Assembly (NCBI RefSeq): GCF_016127575.1
Contig: NZ_CP066020.1
Coordinates: forward strand, 390,001-422,000
Reading direction: 5' to 3'
DNA length: 32,000 nucleotides
Origin: Cupriavidus necator
GTDB taxonomy: Bacteria > Pseudomonadota > Gammaproteobacteria > Burkholderiales > Burkholderiaceae
The translations under genes and the position numbers were made by a program. Below the pieces are notes generated by a model. It saw only the letters and a program-made list of their open reading frames with translations, did no database searches and was not told where the DNA came from. Shown here one piece after another: positions 16,022 through 24,881 of the stretch. Each line of letters begins with the position of its first letter. Positions within the stretch are counted from its first letter, which is position 1.

Positions 16022-18471
16022 AACTCAAACGCCGGCCGCTGGCAGAGATCGTGCCGTGGCTCACTTCCCTCACCCCGGAGCTGATCCTGAACAAGGACGG
16101 CTCCCTTCTTGCGACCTACGAGTTTCGCGGCGTCGATGCGGACAGCGCCGACGCCAGTGACATCACATCGGCCCGAGACCAGCTCGACCAGGCTTGCCGA
16201 TCCTTCGACAACCGGATCACAGCCTGGTGGCGCCTGTCCCATCGCCGAACCACCGGCTTCATTGACGGCGAATTCAGTAACGCTGCGGACGCGCGCCTCA
16301 ACGCGCTCAACCGCACGCACATGACTACGGGCCGATACTTCCGCAACACGCACGCGCTCAGCATCGCCTATACACCCGAATCGGGCATCGCCAAGTTCTT
16401 TGAAAAGATCGGTTACCACATGACGGTGGGCGGACGATCGGTCTACGGCGCCATTGTTGAAGCCGCCAAGGATACTGTGCTCTCTCGCAGTGCGTTCGCC
16501 TTCGATATGGAAAAAATGCGCGCCGATACCCGCCGTTTCGAGGCCATGCTTGACGCGTTTGCCGGCGGCATCCCGCGCATTAAGCCGACCCGGCTCACGA
16601 TGCAGGACAGCTATGCGGCGCTCCACCAGGTTGCCAACCCCAGCGTGCCGCCGCGTCGCATCCGCTATCCGGTCACCTTGCTCGACACGCACCTGACTGA
16701 ATCCGAGGTCACAGTGGGCGCCGAGCGACTGTTGTTCGAATCTGCCCACGGCAAGCGCTATGCGGCAGTGGTCGCGGTGAAGGAATGGATGAGCTTTCAG
16801 GAAGCGGCACTAGACAGTCTCCTGCAGGTCGATGCCGAACTGGACATCTGCATCATGTACCGCTTCCTCGACACTGCACGCGCGACCGCCTACATCGAGA
16901 AGGTTCGCCGCTTCTACAAGATGGCCGCGGTGAACCTGCGCTCCATGATGAAGCAGTACGTCTCGAAGGAGGAAAGCGAGAACGACGAAGGCCGTGAAGA
17001 GCTCGCCAAGGAAGCGGGTCACGCCCTCAAACGGCTCACCGCCGAGGGCGTGCAGCACGGCTTTGCCAACATTTCGGTGATTATCTACGCGGATTCGGAA
17101 AGTGAATGCGAGGACGCCGTCAGCGAGGTGGTCGGCGCATTGACCAACGCCGGCTTCGGGGCGATCCGCGAGAAGGCCAATCTGATGCCTGCCTGGAACA
17201 GCACCCTGCCCGGTCGCTGGGACAAGCAACGGCGACTGCAGTTCGTCGAAACGCCTGCCGTGTCCGATATCGCACCCGTCCGCTCCGTTCTGGAAGGCCC
17301 AACCTTCAACGCATGGCTGAGCGAGAAGACCGGCGCCGAGGTTCCCCCGCTCACCTGCCTGCCGACCCGCCACCGGACTATCCAGCGCGTCGACATGCAT
17401 CAGCGGGGCGGCAATGGTCATTTGTTCGTGATCGGCCCGATTGGTGCCGGCAAATCCGTATTCCTCAACTTTCTGGTGTCGCAGGGCGACAGGCACAAGG
17501 CGCGTCGGATTCGCTTCGACAAGGATAGATCTACCCGCATTCCCACGCTGCTCAGTGGCGGCACGTTCATCGACGTGACGGGCAAGTTCCAGACCGGCAC
17601 GCCGGTCAATCCCTTGTCGCTGCTGGCCGATCCCGCGAACTTCACCTACGTCACGGAATGGCTGACGCTCGCCCTCGAAGACGATGACTTCACGCTGTCG
17701 CCGCAGCAAGTCCAGGACCTCTTCGAGGCCGTGAAGCTGGTCGCTGGATACCCCCGCGAACGCTGGACCCTCAGTTCGCTCTCGACGATGCTGCATGCTG
17801 ATCTTCGCGCGCGGCTTCAGATCTGGCTCAAGGGTGGTCAATACGGTCACTTCTTCGATCACGCCGAAGACGCATTCGCCGTCAGTGACAACCTTTGCAT
17901 CGAGATGGGTGAGCTGTTCCAGAAGTATGAACGCGCAGCGGTCCTGTTCACCGACTATGCCTTCCATCGCATCAGCCAGTCGATGGACGGTATCCGCTAC
18001 ACGATCATCGAGGTGGAGGAATGCGGCTTCTTCTTCCAGAACGAACGCTTCTATCGGCGCTACGAGGATTGGATTACCACCATTCGGAAGCTCAACGGCG
18101 CCATCTGGTCCGCGACGCAGTCTCTTCGCCAGATTGCACGCGTCGCGAACTTCGAAATCCTCAAGGAAAACATCGCCAACTGGGTCTACCTGCCTAACGG
18201 CCAGGCCAAGACCAGTCCGGAGCTCTACAAGGACAAGTTTGGCCTGACCGATGATCAGGTTCAGCTGATCTCTGAGGCGGTGCCAAACCGCGACTACCTC
18301 CTGATCACGAACACCCAGACCCGGATGCTGCAGACGGCATTTTCCGACGAGATGGTAGCCATGCTGCGCTCGGACGGTGTCGCACAGTCCATCTGCGACA
18401 AGCACCATGCATCGGGCGGACCCGACTGGCAAGACCGCTACGTGCGCGAAATGCTCGCGCGCGCAGCATAA
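16015..18471 (+). CDS. virB4: T4SS ATPase VirB4 family
   Basis: 818 aa. VirB4-type N-terminus (LILNKDGSLLATYEFRGVD), Walker A VIGPIGAGKSVFLNFL, and Walker B region YTIIEVEECGFFF. Confidence 0.95.
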   Translation: MLKLKRRPLAEIVPWLTSLTPELILNKDGSLLATYEFRGVDADSADASDITSARDQLDQACRSFDNRITAWWRLSHRRTTGFIDGEFSNAADARLNALNRTHMTTGRYFRNTHALSIAYTPESGIAKFFEKIGYHMTVGGRSVYGAIVEAAKDTVLSRSAFAFDMEKMRADTRRFEAMLDAFAGGIPRIKPTRLTMQDSYAALHQVANPSVPPRRIRYPVTLLDTHLTESEVTVGAERLLFESAHGKRYAAVVAVKEWMSFQEAALDSLLQVDAELDICIMYRFLDTARATAYIEKVRRFYKMAAVNLRSMMKQYVSKEESENDEGREELAKEAGHALKRLTAEGVQHGFANISVIIYADSESECEDAVSEVVGALTNAGFGAIREKANLMPAWNSTLPGRWDKQRRLQFVETPAVSDIAPVRSVLEGPTFNAWLSEKTGAEVPPLTCLPTRHRTIQRVDMHQRGGNGHLFVIGPIGAGKSVFLNFLVSQGDRHKARRIRFDKDRSTRIPTLLSGGTFIDVTGKFQTGTPVNPLSLLADPANFTYVTEWLTLALEDDDFTLSPQQVQDLFEAVKLVAGYPRERWTLSSLSTMLHADLRARLQIWLKGGQYGHFFDHAEDAFAVSDNLCIEMGELFQKYERAAVLFTDYAFHRISQSMDGIRYTIIEVEECGFFFQNERFYRRYEDWITTIRKLNGAIWSATQSLRQIARVANFEILKENIANWVYLPNGQAKTSPELYKDKFGLTDDQVQLISEAVPNRDYLLITNTQTRMLQTAFSDEMVAMLRSDGVAQSICDKHHASGGPDWQDRYVREMLARAA

Positions 18472-18486
18472 CTTTGGAGAAGCAAC

Positions 18487-19245
18487 GTGAAGAAGTGGAT
18501 CGCCAACATCGCCATCGCCACCTCGGTATTCGGGGCTTCTTCGGCCCATGCCGCGCTGCCCGTCACCGACTGGGTGGGACTCATTCAGACCACCATGACA
18601 GCAATGCAATCGCTGAAAACGGAGGTTTACGAGAATACCAATATCGCCTACCAGTACAAGATGATGGCCAACCAGCTTCTGCAGTCCACGGGCCTGGACG
18701 CCGCCTCCCTGACGGAGCAGCTGGACGCGATCAAGGATGACATCGGCAAGTACGAGGTTTATGGCACTACGCTTAAGGACTTGTATGGCACTGTCTCCGA
18801 CAACGCCGACTATTTGAAGAAGATCCAGAGCATGGTCGTCGCCTCGGGCAAGACCAAGGAGCAATGGTTCCAGGACCAGCGCCAGCTGCTGAGCAACGGC
18901 GACAAGACTGCCAAGAACCTGTTTAGTCTGGGCGAGCAAATCTTCAAGAACACTCAATCTGTCGCGCAGCGCCGCCAGAAGATTCAGGCACAGGTCAAGC
19001 TCTCGCCGACGGCTCAGGCGGCGGCGCAATCCACCAATCAGATGCTGGACGTTCTTGCCAGCCAGAACTCGGATTTGCTGCAGCTCATGAGCGTGCGGGC
19101 CCAAGCGGACGCGGATAAGGACCAACAGAGCGTCGCCAGGGAAACGCAAAGCGCTGAGGCTATGCGCGCGATCACGACTGCGCAGGATGAGGAGCTCCGG
19201 CAGTTGCGTGCCCGGGTGTTCTCTCGCAAGCTGCAAGCCGACTGA
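18487..19245 (+). CDS. virB5: VirB5/TrbJ family minor pilus / adhesin-like protein
   Basis: GTG start at 18487 with GGAGA 7 nt upstream. Signal peptide ...GASSAHA, then ALPVTDWVGLIQTTMTAMQSLKTEVYENTNIAYQYKMMANQLLQ, a TrbJ/VirB5-like helical N-terminus. It lies between virB4 and virB6. Confidence 0.7.
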   Translation: MKKWIANIAIATSVFGASSAHAALPVTDWVGLIQTTMTAMQSLKTEVYENTNIAYQYKMMANQLLQSTGLDAASLTEQLDAIKDDIGKYEVYGTTLKDLYGTVSDNADYLKKIQSMVVASGKTKEQWFQDQRQLLSNGDKTAKNLFSLGEQIFKNTQSVAQRRQKIQAQVKLSPTAQAAAQSTNQMLDVLASQNSDLLQLMSVRAQADADKDQQSVARETQSAEAMRAITTAQDEELRQLRARVFSRKLQAD

Positions 19246-19262
19246 GCGGGTGCCAGGAAGCC

Positions 19263-20306
19263 ATGCTATTGCGTCTATTGATTCTACTGGTCACTGCTGC
19301 GCTATTGCACGCAAACGTGGCTTTCGCTCAGACCGAGATTCCCCCCTTGATGATTGGGTCGCAGGCGGAAGAATCCACCAAGACCCCGCCGTCATTCTCC
19401 GGACAGAAAGGGACGATCGCCGAATCTCTCAAAAGTTGGGTCGGCCAGTTCGAGTCGTTTCGCAGCGGCCTGATCGCAAGCGCTACACCGCTGAGTCAGA
19501 CCATCCGATCGGAGACCGACAAGGTGGCTTATGGCTTAGCACTCATCACGCTGACTCTGGCCGGCATCCGATTCGCTGCAACGAACGATCCGACCACGGC
19601 GTGGACGGACATTTTTGAGGCGTTCATGCTCTTGGGGATCTTCGCAGGGATCTATTTGGGGTACGACAAGTTCGCACCGGGAATTTTTGACTGGTTCAAA
19701 ATGCTCGGCGACAAGATCGCCGGTACTCGCTCCAGCAATCCGGCCTTGACGCTCATCTCGGTAGGCACCGGCTTCCTCGACACCTACAACAAGGCTATGG
19801 ACGCGGCAAGCGGCCTCTCCGTCCTTAGCGTAGCCCTTTCCGGGATCGTCCTCATCATTACATTTGTGGTCTGTGCGGTTGCAGCGCTGCTCTACAGCTT
19901 CTTCATCGCTTTAGGGGAGGTTCAGGCCGCCGTCGGCATCGTCGTGGGCCCTCTCGCTGTCGCGCTCGCATTCTCGGATTATTCGCGCCGCTTCTTCGTC
20001 TCTTGGCTCGATTTCATGATTAGCGCCTCGATGTACACGGTCGTTGCCTCCGTCATGGCGCGACTCGTCTCCAGCGCATTCACTTCCACCATGGTCGATC
20101 AGACTGACATCGGCACCCAGTCCCTTGCGGGCGCTGCCTATGCGCTCGGCGTCGCGATTTTCATGCTGCTTGTCGCACTGGAGATCCCCAAGATGGCGGG
20201 CGCAATCTTCGGCTCCGGAGGCGGGCTGAGCGGGGGTGCGGCCGGGCGTCTGGGCATGAAAGCCGCTAGCGGAATCGGCGGGTTCCTGGCCAAGAAGGGC
20301 AAGTGA
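19263..20306 (+). CDS. virB6: T4SS VirB6/TrbL family polytopic membrane protein
   Basis: 347 aa with a signal peptide, at least 5 hydrophobic helices, and a Gly-rich C-terminal tail (GSGGGLSGGAAGRLG). Canonical position after virB5. Confidence 0.8.
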   Translation: MLLRLLILLVTAALLHANVAFAQTEIPPLMIGSQAEESTKTPPSFSGQKGTIAESLKSWVGQFESFRSGLIASATPLSQTIRSETDKVAYGLALITLTLAGIRFAATNDPTTAWTDIFEAFMLLGIFAGIYLGYDKFAPGIFDWFKMLGDKIAGTRSSNPALTLISVGTGFLDTYNKAMDAASGLSVLSVALSGIVLIITFVVCAVAALLYSFFIALGEVQAAVGIVVGPLAVALAFSDYSRRFFVSWLDFMISASMYTVVASVMARLVSSAFTSTMVDQTDIGTQSLAGAAYALGVAIFMLLVALEIPKMAGAIFGSGGGLSGGAAGRLGMKAASGIGGFLAKKGK

Positions 20307-21562
20307 TGACGGACCATCACCACCTGACTCCAGCGGCTTTGCTGGCATCCCACGACAGCCGCCTGGCGTTGGTCCGACAGTATGCCAACGAATCGGATGA
20401 CGGAGACTTCCGCACGAAGTGGCTGAGCGTCCTGGATCGATGTGCCGCCTGGTTCTCCAGCATGCCGCTTCGGCCGACAGAGCACGCCGAGCCTGGTGGG
20501 GCATTCCGCGCGACGGTCGAAGCCGCGTACTTCGCCATGCGACTGTCCGGCGCCCAGAAGTTTGCCGCAGACCAGACCTCGGAACGCCGGCGCAAGCTCG
20601 AGCCTCAGTACCTGTATGCGCTGTTCCTCGCCGCGTGCTGTTCGCGGCTGGACGAGCCCTGCCGCCACTTCCAGTTTCACCGGATGCGCGATGGAGCGGA
20701 ATGGGTTCCTGCCGCACACGGGGCATTCGGCGCGTGGCTTGGCGATGACACCTACCGGGTCACCCGCCGTGAGGCACCTCTTCCGAGCGAGCGGATGCGC
20801 ACGGCACTACTCGCGCGGGAAATTCTGGGTACGGAGCGGTTAGGCGCATTTGACAGCCAGGTACTGACCGATTTGTTCGGCGCCATCAACCCAGATCCAC
20901 GGCCAGCCGGCCTGGAAACGCTGCTGCACAAGGTGGTGCGTCAGGCCATCGAAACCGTCACCCAGTTCGAGTTGAAGGCCCGTCGGGCGGCATTTGCCCC
21001 GGACACAACGCCTGCCCCGTCAGCACAAGCGCTGGCTGTTGATGCCATCACCGGCGCGTCGACGCCGCCCGCGCAGGCGAGAACGGAGACGGCGCCCGTA
21101 CCCGAGACGGGGACGGCGACGCCCGTGGAAGTGGAGCAACCGGAGACTACGACCGAGGCGGATCCAAGCTCCCCAGCCGGACTCCATCAGGCCGGCAGCG
21201 ATGCGAGCGCGCAGCACCGTGCGTCGCCTAACGCCGTACAGCTCGACGGTGCCCGATCCTTACGCAAAGAAGCACCGGCCGAGGATCCATTCAAGGCGAT
21301 TGCAGGCACCTCGAACCTCATGCGCGAATTCTTCAAGGCGCTCTCCCAGGACGCGGCCGCCGGCAAGACGAAGGTAACCCGGGTTGAGGGAAAGGTTGCC
21401 ATCAGTAAGCGCTCGCTCGGCAACTATGGCATTGCCTCCGAGACGCTCATCGAAAATCTGCGCAAGTTCAAGCATCTCTACAAGATCGTGGGGCAAGACA
21501 TCCTGCTGGTCAACGAAGTTGGCGACCTGATCCTGCCTGCCTCCCAAGCCCCTGAAGCATGA
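20306..21562 (+). CDS. TraI_2 (MOB_H-type relaxase family)-like protein, unusually short (about 418 aa)
   Basis: ATG 20306 overlaps the virB6 stop. The N-terminal part (LDRCAAWFSSMPLRPTEHAEPGGAFRATVEAAYFAMRLSG...RRKLEPQYLYALFLAACCSRL) parallels my recollection of the conserved N-terminal region of SXT/ICE TraI. A P/T/A/E-rich linker follows, then a C-terminal segment (FFKALSQDAAAGKTKV...ISKRSLGNYGIASETLIENLRKF) resembling the TraI_2 C-terminal domain. It lies directly upstream of traD with an ATGA overlap. Confidence 0.45.
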   Translation: MTDHHHLTPAALLASHDSRLALVRQYANESDDGDFRTKWLSVLDRCAAWFSSMPLRPTEHAEPGGAFRATVEAAYFAMRLSGAQKFAADQTSERRRKLEPQYLYALFLAACCSRLDEPCRHFQFHRMRDGAEWVPAAHGAFGAWLGDDTYRVTRREAPLPSERMRTALLAREILGTERLGAFDSQVLTDLFGAINPDPRPAGLETLLHKVVRQAIETVTQFELKARRAAFAPDTTPAPSAQALAVDAITGASTPPAQARTETAPVPETGTATPVEVEQPETTTEADPSSPAGLHQAGSDASAQHRASPNAVQLDGARSLRKEAPAEDPFKAIAGTSNLMREFFKALSQDAAAGKTKVTRVEGKVAISKRSLGNYGIASETLIENLRKFKHLYKIVGQDILLVNEVGDLILPASQAPEA

Positions 21563-23424
21563 ACCAGTACATTAACCACTTCCGTCCCATCTACGAGTTC
21601 CGCGCGGTCGTCGGTTGGGCATTGGCTGTCCTGCTGCTTCTGGTGAGCGGCATGCCCAACAGTGGCTACTTTGCGCTGGGTGGCATGGCATTCCTGCTCT
21701 TTCGCTCCAGCCAGGTGTGGCGTGCGCTCAGGTTCCGTCTTTCCATCTCCACGAAGTGGCTAACCCTCGTCCGGATCGATGATCTCCTGACACAGAGCCG
21801 CAAGTTGCGCTCGGATGACAAGGACGACGATGCCATGTATTTGGGTACCGGCTACGAATGGACCCAGAAGCATTGTCAGATTGCCCACGACATCCTGCGT
21901 ATGCCGTCGAGCGACATCCCGGGCCTGCCAAAGTGGCTGCCGAAGGACACCGTCAAGGCCATCGAGAAGACGTTCGCCCCGGAGAACAGCATTGCCGACC
22001 GATCGCCCCAGGGCAAATCCTGGATCGGTGGCATGGAATCCCTGCGCATTCCCGTCCCCTTTCACTACAAGGCAATGGGCGGCCACACCTCGATCAGCGG
22101 CACGACTGGCTCCGGGAAGACCCGAACGTTCGAACTCATCTCGACACAGGTCATTCACAACCCGAATGACATTTTGATCGCGATTGATCCCAAGAATGAT
22201 CCCGACTGGGTCGCCAGGTGCAAGCGCGAATGCGAGCGGACCGGCCGCAAGTTCCTGTACTGGAAACAGGCCGCACCATCGCAGTCTATCCGGTTGAATC
22301 CGCTGGAAAACTGGTCTCAGCCCTCGGAGATCCCAACGCGTATCGCCCAACTGATGGAGGAAGGCCCTTTCCGCCAGTTCGCCTTCCTGTTCATCGACCG
22401 CGCCGTGAAAGGCGAGCTCTATGTCGGCGACAAGCCGAACCTGCGATCGATCCTGCAGTACGCACAGAACGGCATCAACAATCTTCTTGAGCGTGGGCTG
22501 GAGCGCTTCTTCCCCGAAGCCGGGAAGCCGGATTGGGAAGAGGAAGCCGCGGGATATATGCAGAAGGTTGCACAGAAGGCGGGTGGCACCCGGCTGGACG
22601 CCATGGTCAGCCTGTACATCGACCGATTCTCGAAGCTCGGTAACGGGCATGAAGCGATCGACGGCCTCATCTCTACCTATCAACACGACCGCGATCACTA
22701 CGGCCGGATCATCGCATCCGCCCTGCCCCTGCTGCAGATGCTGGCGACCGGCGAGACCGGCTTGATGCTTGCGCCGAAGGCGGACGATTTTGAGGATGAC
22801 CGCGAGATCTGGGATATCGACAAGGTCATCAAGCAGAAGGCCGTGCTGTATGTTGGGGCGGACTCCCTATCGAATTCGATGGTGGCCCAGGCTGTCATGT
22901 CGATGCTGCTTGCGGACATCGCTTCTGTCGCGGGTGCGATCTACAACTTCTACGCCAAACCACCTGAGATCGTCCTGGTGGTCGACGAAGCGGCCGAGGC
23001 CATCAACGAGCAATTGCTTCAGCTGTTGAACAAGGGCCGCGGCGCCGGCTTCAAGGCCTTCGTTGCCTACCAGACCCGCTCCGACTTCACGGCCAAGCTG
23101 GGAAACGTGGCCAAAATGCAGCAGGTTTTGGGCAATTTGAACAACCAGATCGTCTTACGATTGGAAGACATCGACACGGCGCAATGGTTCTCCGAAAAGG
23201 CCGGTACCACCGCTATTCGCAACCTGGTCGTGTCGAGCAGCACCAGCACCGGAACCGAGGCCCACATCGGCGAGTTCAGCGGGTCGGTGTCCCGTTCGGC
23301 CCAGCTTGAGAAGGTACCCCTGATTCCGCACGACCTTGTCATGCAACTGCCGAACCTGCAGTACTTCTTGCGAATCTCTGGGGGCGCTGTCTACCAGGGC
23401 CGAATTCCCATCATCAAAGACTAA
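21559..23424 (+). CDS. traD: Type IV coupling protein, TraD/TrwB-type
   Basis: 621 aa with two N-terminal TM helices. The Walker A is SGTTGSGKTRTFE (TraD/TrwB style, not the PTRSGKG of VirD4/TraG). Walker B region is IVLVVDEAAE. Confidence 0.88.
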   Translation: MNQYINHFRPIYEFRAVVGWALAVLLLLVSGMPNSGYFALGGMAFLLFRSSQVWRALRFRLSISTKWLTLVRIDDLLTQSRKLRSDDKDDDAMYLGTGYEWTQKHCQIAHDILRMPSSDIPGLPKWLPKDTVKAIEKTFAPENSIADRSPQGKSWIGGMESLRIPVPFHYKAMGGHTSISGTTGSGKTRTFELISTQVIHNPNDILIAIDPKNDPDWVARCKRECERTGRKFLYWKQAAPSQSIRLNPLENWSQPSEIPTRIAQLMEEGPFRQFAFLFIDRAVKGELYVGDKPNLRSILQYAQNGINNLLERGLERFFPEAGKPDWEEEAAGYMQKVAQKAGGTRLDAMVSLYIDRFSKLGNGHEAIDGLISTYQHDRDHYGRIIASALPLLQMLATGETGLMLAPKADDFEDDREIWDIDKVIKQKAVLYVGADSLSNSMVAQAVMSMLLADIASVAGAIYNFYAKPPEIVLVVDEAAEAINEQLLQLLNKGRGAGFKAFVAYQTRSDFTAKLGNVAKMQQVLGNLNNQIVLRLEDIDTAQWFSEKAGTTAIRNLVVSSSTSTGTEAHIGEFSGSVSRSAQLEKVPLIPHDLVMQLPNLQYFLRISGGAVYQGRIPIIKD

Positions 23425-23430
23425 ACACCA

Positions 23431-23937
23431 ATGCGCAGCAGCCTGTTCCGACAAATCGTCAAGGATTACAAGCTCTCGGCGAAGCTTTCGCCGGTGTTTT
23501 CCCTATCGCCGGACCTCGATGACATTTGCACGCGAGTGGTCGACTACATCGGTGTCAACTTCCGCGTCCGAGAGGAACCTCTGGTCAAGGAAATGCTGGC
23601 TGATGGCATCGCCGCCTGGCGTGCCGCGCGCAAGCAAGGCGATCCGAACGTCGCCTTCATGAAAGGCCTGTTCTCCCGCGCACATGAACTCTATGGCAAG
23701 CGGTACGCGGCATTCAAAGGCGAGAAGTACAACGTCTGGTACCCGTTTCACGAGTCCATTCCGGCGTTCGAGCTGCGCCAGCCCGAAGGCTATGTCTGCC
23801 GGGTCGTCGACGAACCAGCGCCAGGCGCAATCACACAACGCTGCGCTGCGTTTCAGCTCGCCGCCCGCGTGCTGACGGGCTACACCTTTACCCGCTACTT
23901 CGAGAACTACGATGTCGCTGGCAACTTTGCACAATGA
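23431..23937 (+). CDS. Hypothetical protein (168 aa), conserved-position orf between traD and the traJ-like gene
   Basis: ATG 6 nt after the traD stop, on the same strand and operon. No motif recognised. Confidence 0.6.
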   Translation: MRSSLFRQIVKDYKLSAKLSPVFSLSPDLDDICTRVVDYIGVNFRVREEPLVKEMLADGIAAWRAARKQGDPNVAFMKGLFSRAHELYGKRYAAFKGEKYNVWYPFHESIPAFELRQPEGYVCRVVDEPAPGAITQRCAAFQLAARVLTGYTFTRYFENYDVAGNFAQ

Positions 23938-24208
23938 CGCACGCCGGCTTGCGATCCGCCTCAAGCAGGTGCCGGCGCGCATGGCTGCCAGACTTTGCGG
24001 CGTAGACCCGGCGCTCGCCCTGCACATGCACGAGTGGTTGACGGCTCCGCCTCCGGGCGCGCCGGCAATGCCGCAAGCCTTCACCACAGAAGCGGCGGCA
24101 GCGTGCTTTGCGCTCATCAAGATCTCCGTGGTGAAGCCGGCTGTCTTCTGGGGCGCGTTGGTCGCCTTTCTGAGCCTGCCGGTATTGCTCGCCCTGCGAT
24201 GGAGTTGA
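23912..24208 (+). CDS. Hypothetical small protein (98 aa) with a C-terminal TM helix
   Basis: ATG 23912 overlaps the previous gene by 26 nt. The C-terminus VVKPAVFWGALVAFLSLPVLLAL is hydrophobic. The stop lies 1 nt before the next ATG. Confidence 0.5.
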   Translation: MSLATLHNDARRLAIRLKQVPARMAARLCGVDPALALHMHEWLTAPPPGAPAMPQAFTTEAAAACFALIKISVVKPAVFWGALVAFLSLPVLLALRWS

Positions 24209-24209
24209 C

Positions 24210-24827
24210 ATGGCAAATAGCCGATTCGCGTCGCACGTCCGTCTGTGGCTGATCTTTTCGCCGCTGATGATCTGCACGCTCGCTCCGTTCATCCAGGACG
24301 AAAGCGCCTTCGAAATCAGTGAAGCGGAACAGGCCTCGGTTGAGCGCGTGCTCGGCCAGGAAAAGGCCGACGTCGCCGTGACACTGGCCAATGCCCGCTT
24401 TCGCCAATGGTTCATCGAGAGCGGCGTTGTCAAGTCGTCGTTCTCCGGCTCCGACGCCCAGACCGGATTTGCCGATAACGGCGCGTCTGACTTCGGTAGA
24501 AGTTGGATGCAGCACTTCTGGCTAACGATCTACCGCGCACTGTATCGTGCCGCGGTCGGCCATTATTGGCTCGTTGGCGCAATCGTGCTGTTCCTTGCCC
24601 TGTTCAATGATGGAACCGTGTCGCGCAAGATCCGCGCTGCGGGCGCCGGCTTTGCCAATCCGGTGTCCTTCCATGTGGCGGCACACGGCTTGATGCTCTG
24701 CTTTGGCTTCGGCGCGTCCGCCCTGCTCTTACCCCTTCCCATGCTGGCGACCTGGTGGACCTTCGGGGTCTGCCTGGTCGGCCTGCTCTGCTGGCGCCTT
24801 GCAGCGTCATTCCACGTCGGCAAGTAG
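24210..24827 (+). CDS. Integral membrane protein, TraJ/DUF4400-like candidate (ICE/SXT traD-associated membrane protein)
   Basis: 205 aa with hydrophobic helices at the N-terminus (VRLWLIFSPLMICTLAPF) and in the C-terminal half (HYWLVGAIVLFLALF, GLMLCFGFGASALLLPLPMLATWWTFGVCLVGLLCW). Its position after traD plus small orfs mirrors traI-traD-orf-traJ of SXT/IncC elements. Confidence 0.45.
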   Translation: MANSRFASHVRLWLIFSPLMICTLAPFIQDESAFEISEAEQASVERVLGQEKADVAVTLANARFRQWFIESGVVKSSFSGSDAQTGFADNGASDFGRSWMQHFWLTIYRALYRAAVGHYWLVGAIVLFLALFNDGTVSRKIRAAGAGFANPVSFHVAAHGLMLCFGFGASALLLPLPMLATWWTFGVCLVGLLCWRLAASFHVGK

Positions 24828-24849
24828 CCGGCTCCGCAACGACTAACAA

Positions 24850-24865
24850 GGCCGGGTGTCCGGCC
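24850..24865 (+). promoter_or_regulatory. GC hairpin between the traJ-like gene and the next gene (GGCCGG-gtgt-CCGGCC), no U-tract
   Basis: 6-bp perfect stem with a 4-nt loop, followed by the GGAG Shine-Dalgarno (24873-24876) of the 24882 gene. It may be an RNA stability or processing element rather than a terminator. Confidence 0.3.
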
Positions 24866-24881
24866 TCCTATAGGAGAAATC

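Noticed and set aside
16810-19236. 808-aa ORF on the minus strand, the longest non-annotated ORF in the window
   Set aside because: It is exactly antisense to virB4/virB5, which have unambiguous motifs. Its translation is low-complexity (L/R/G/V/D-rich) with no recognisable motif. Long antisense ORFs are expected in GC-rich DNA with strong GC3 bias.
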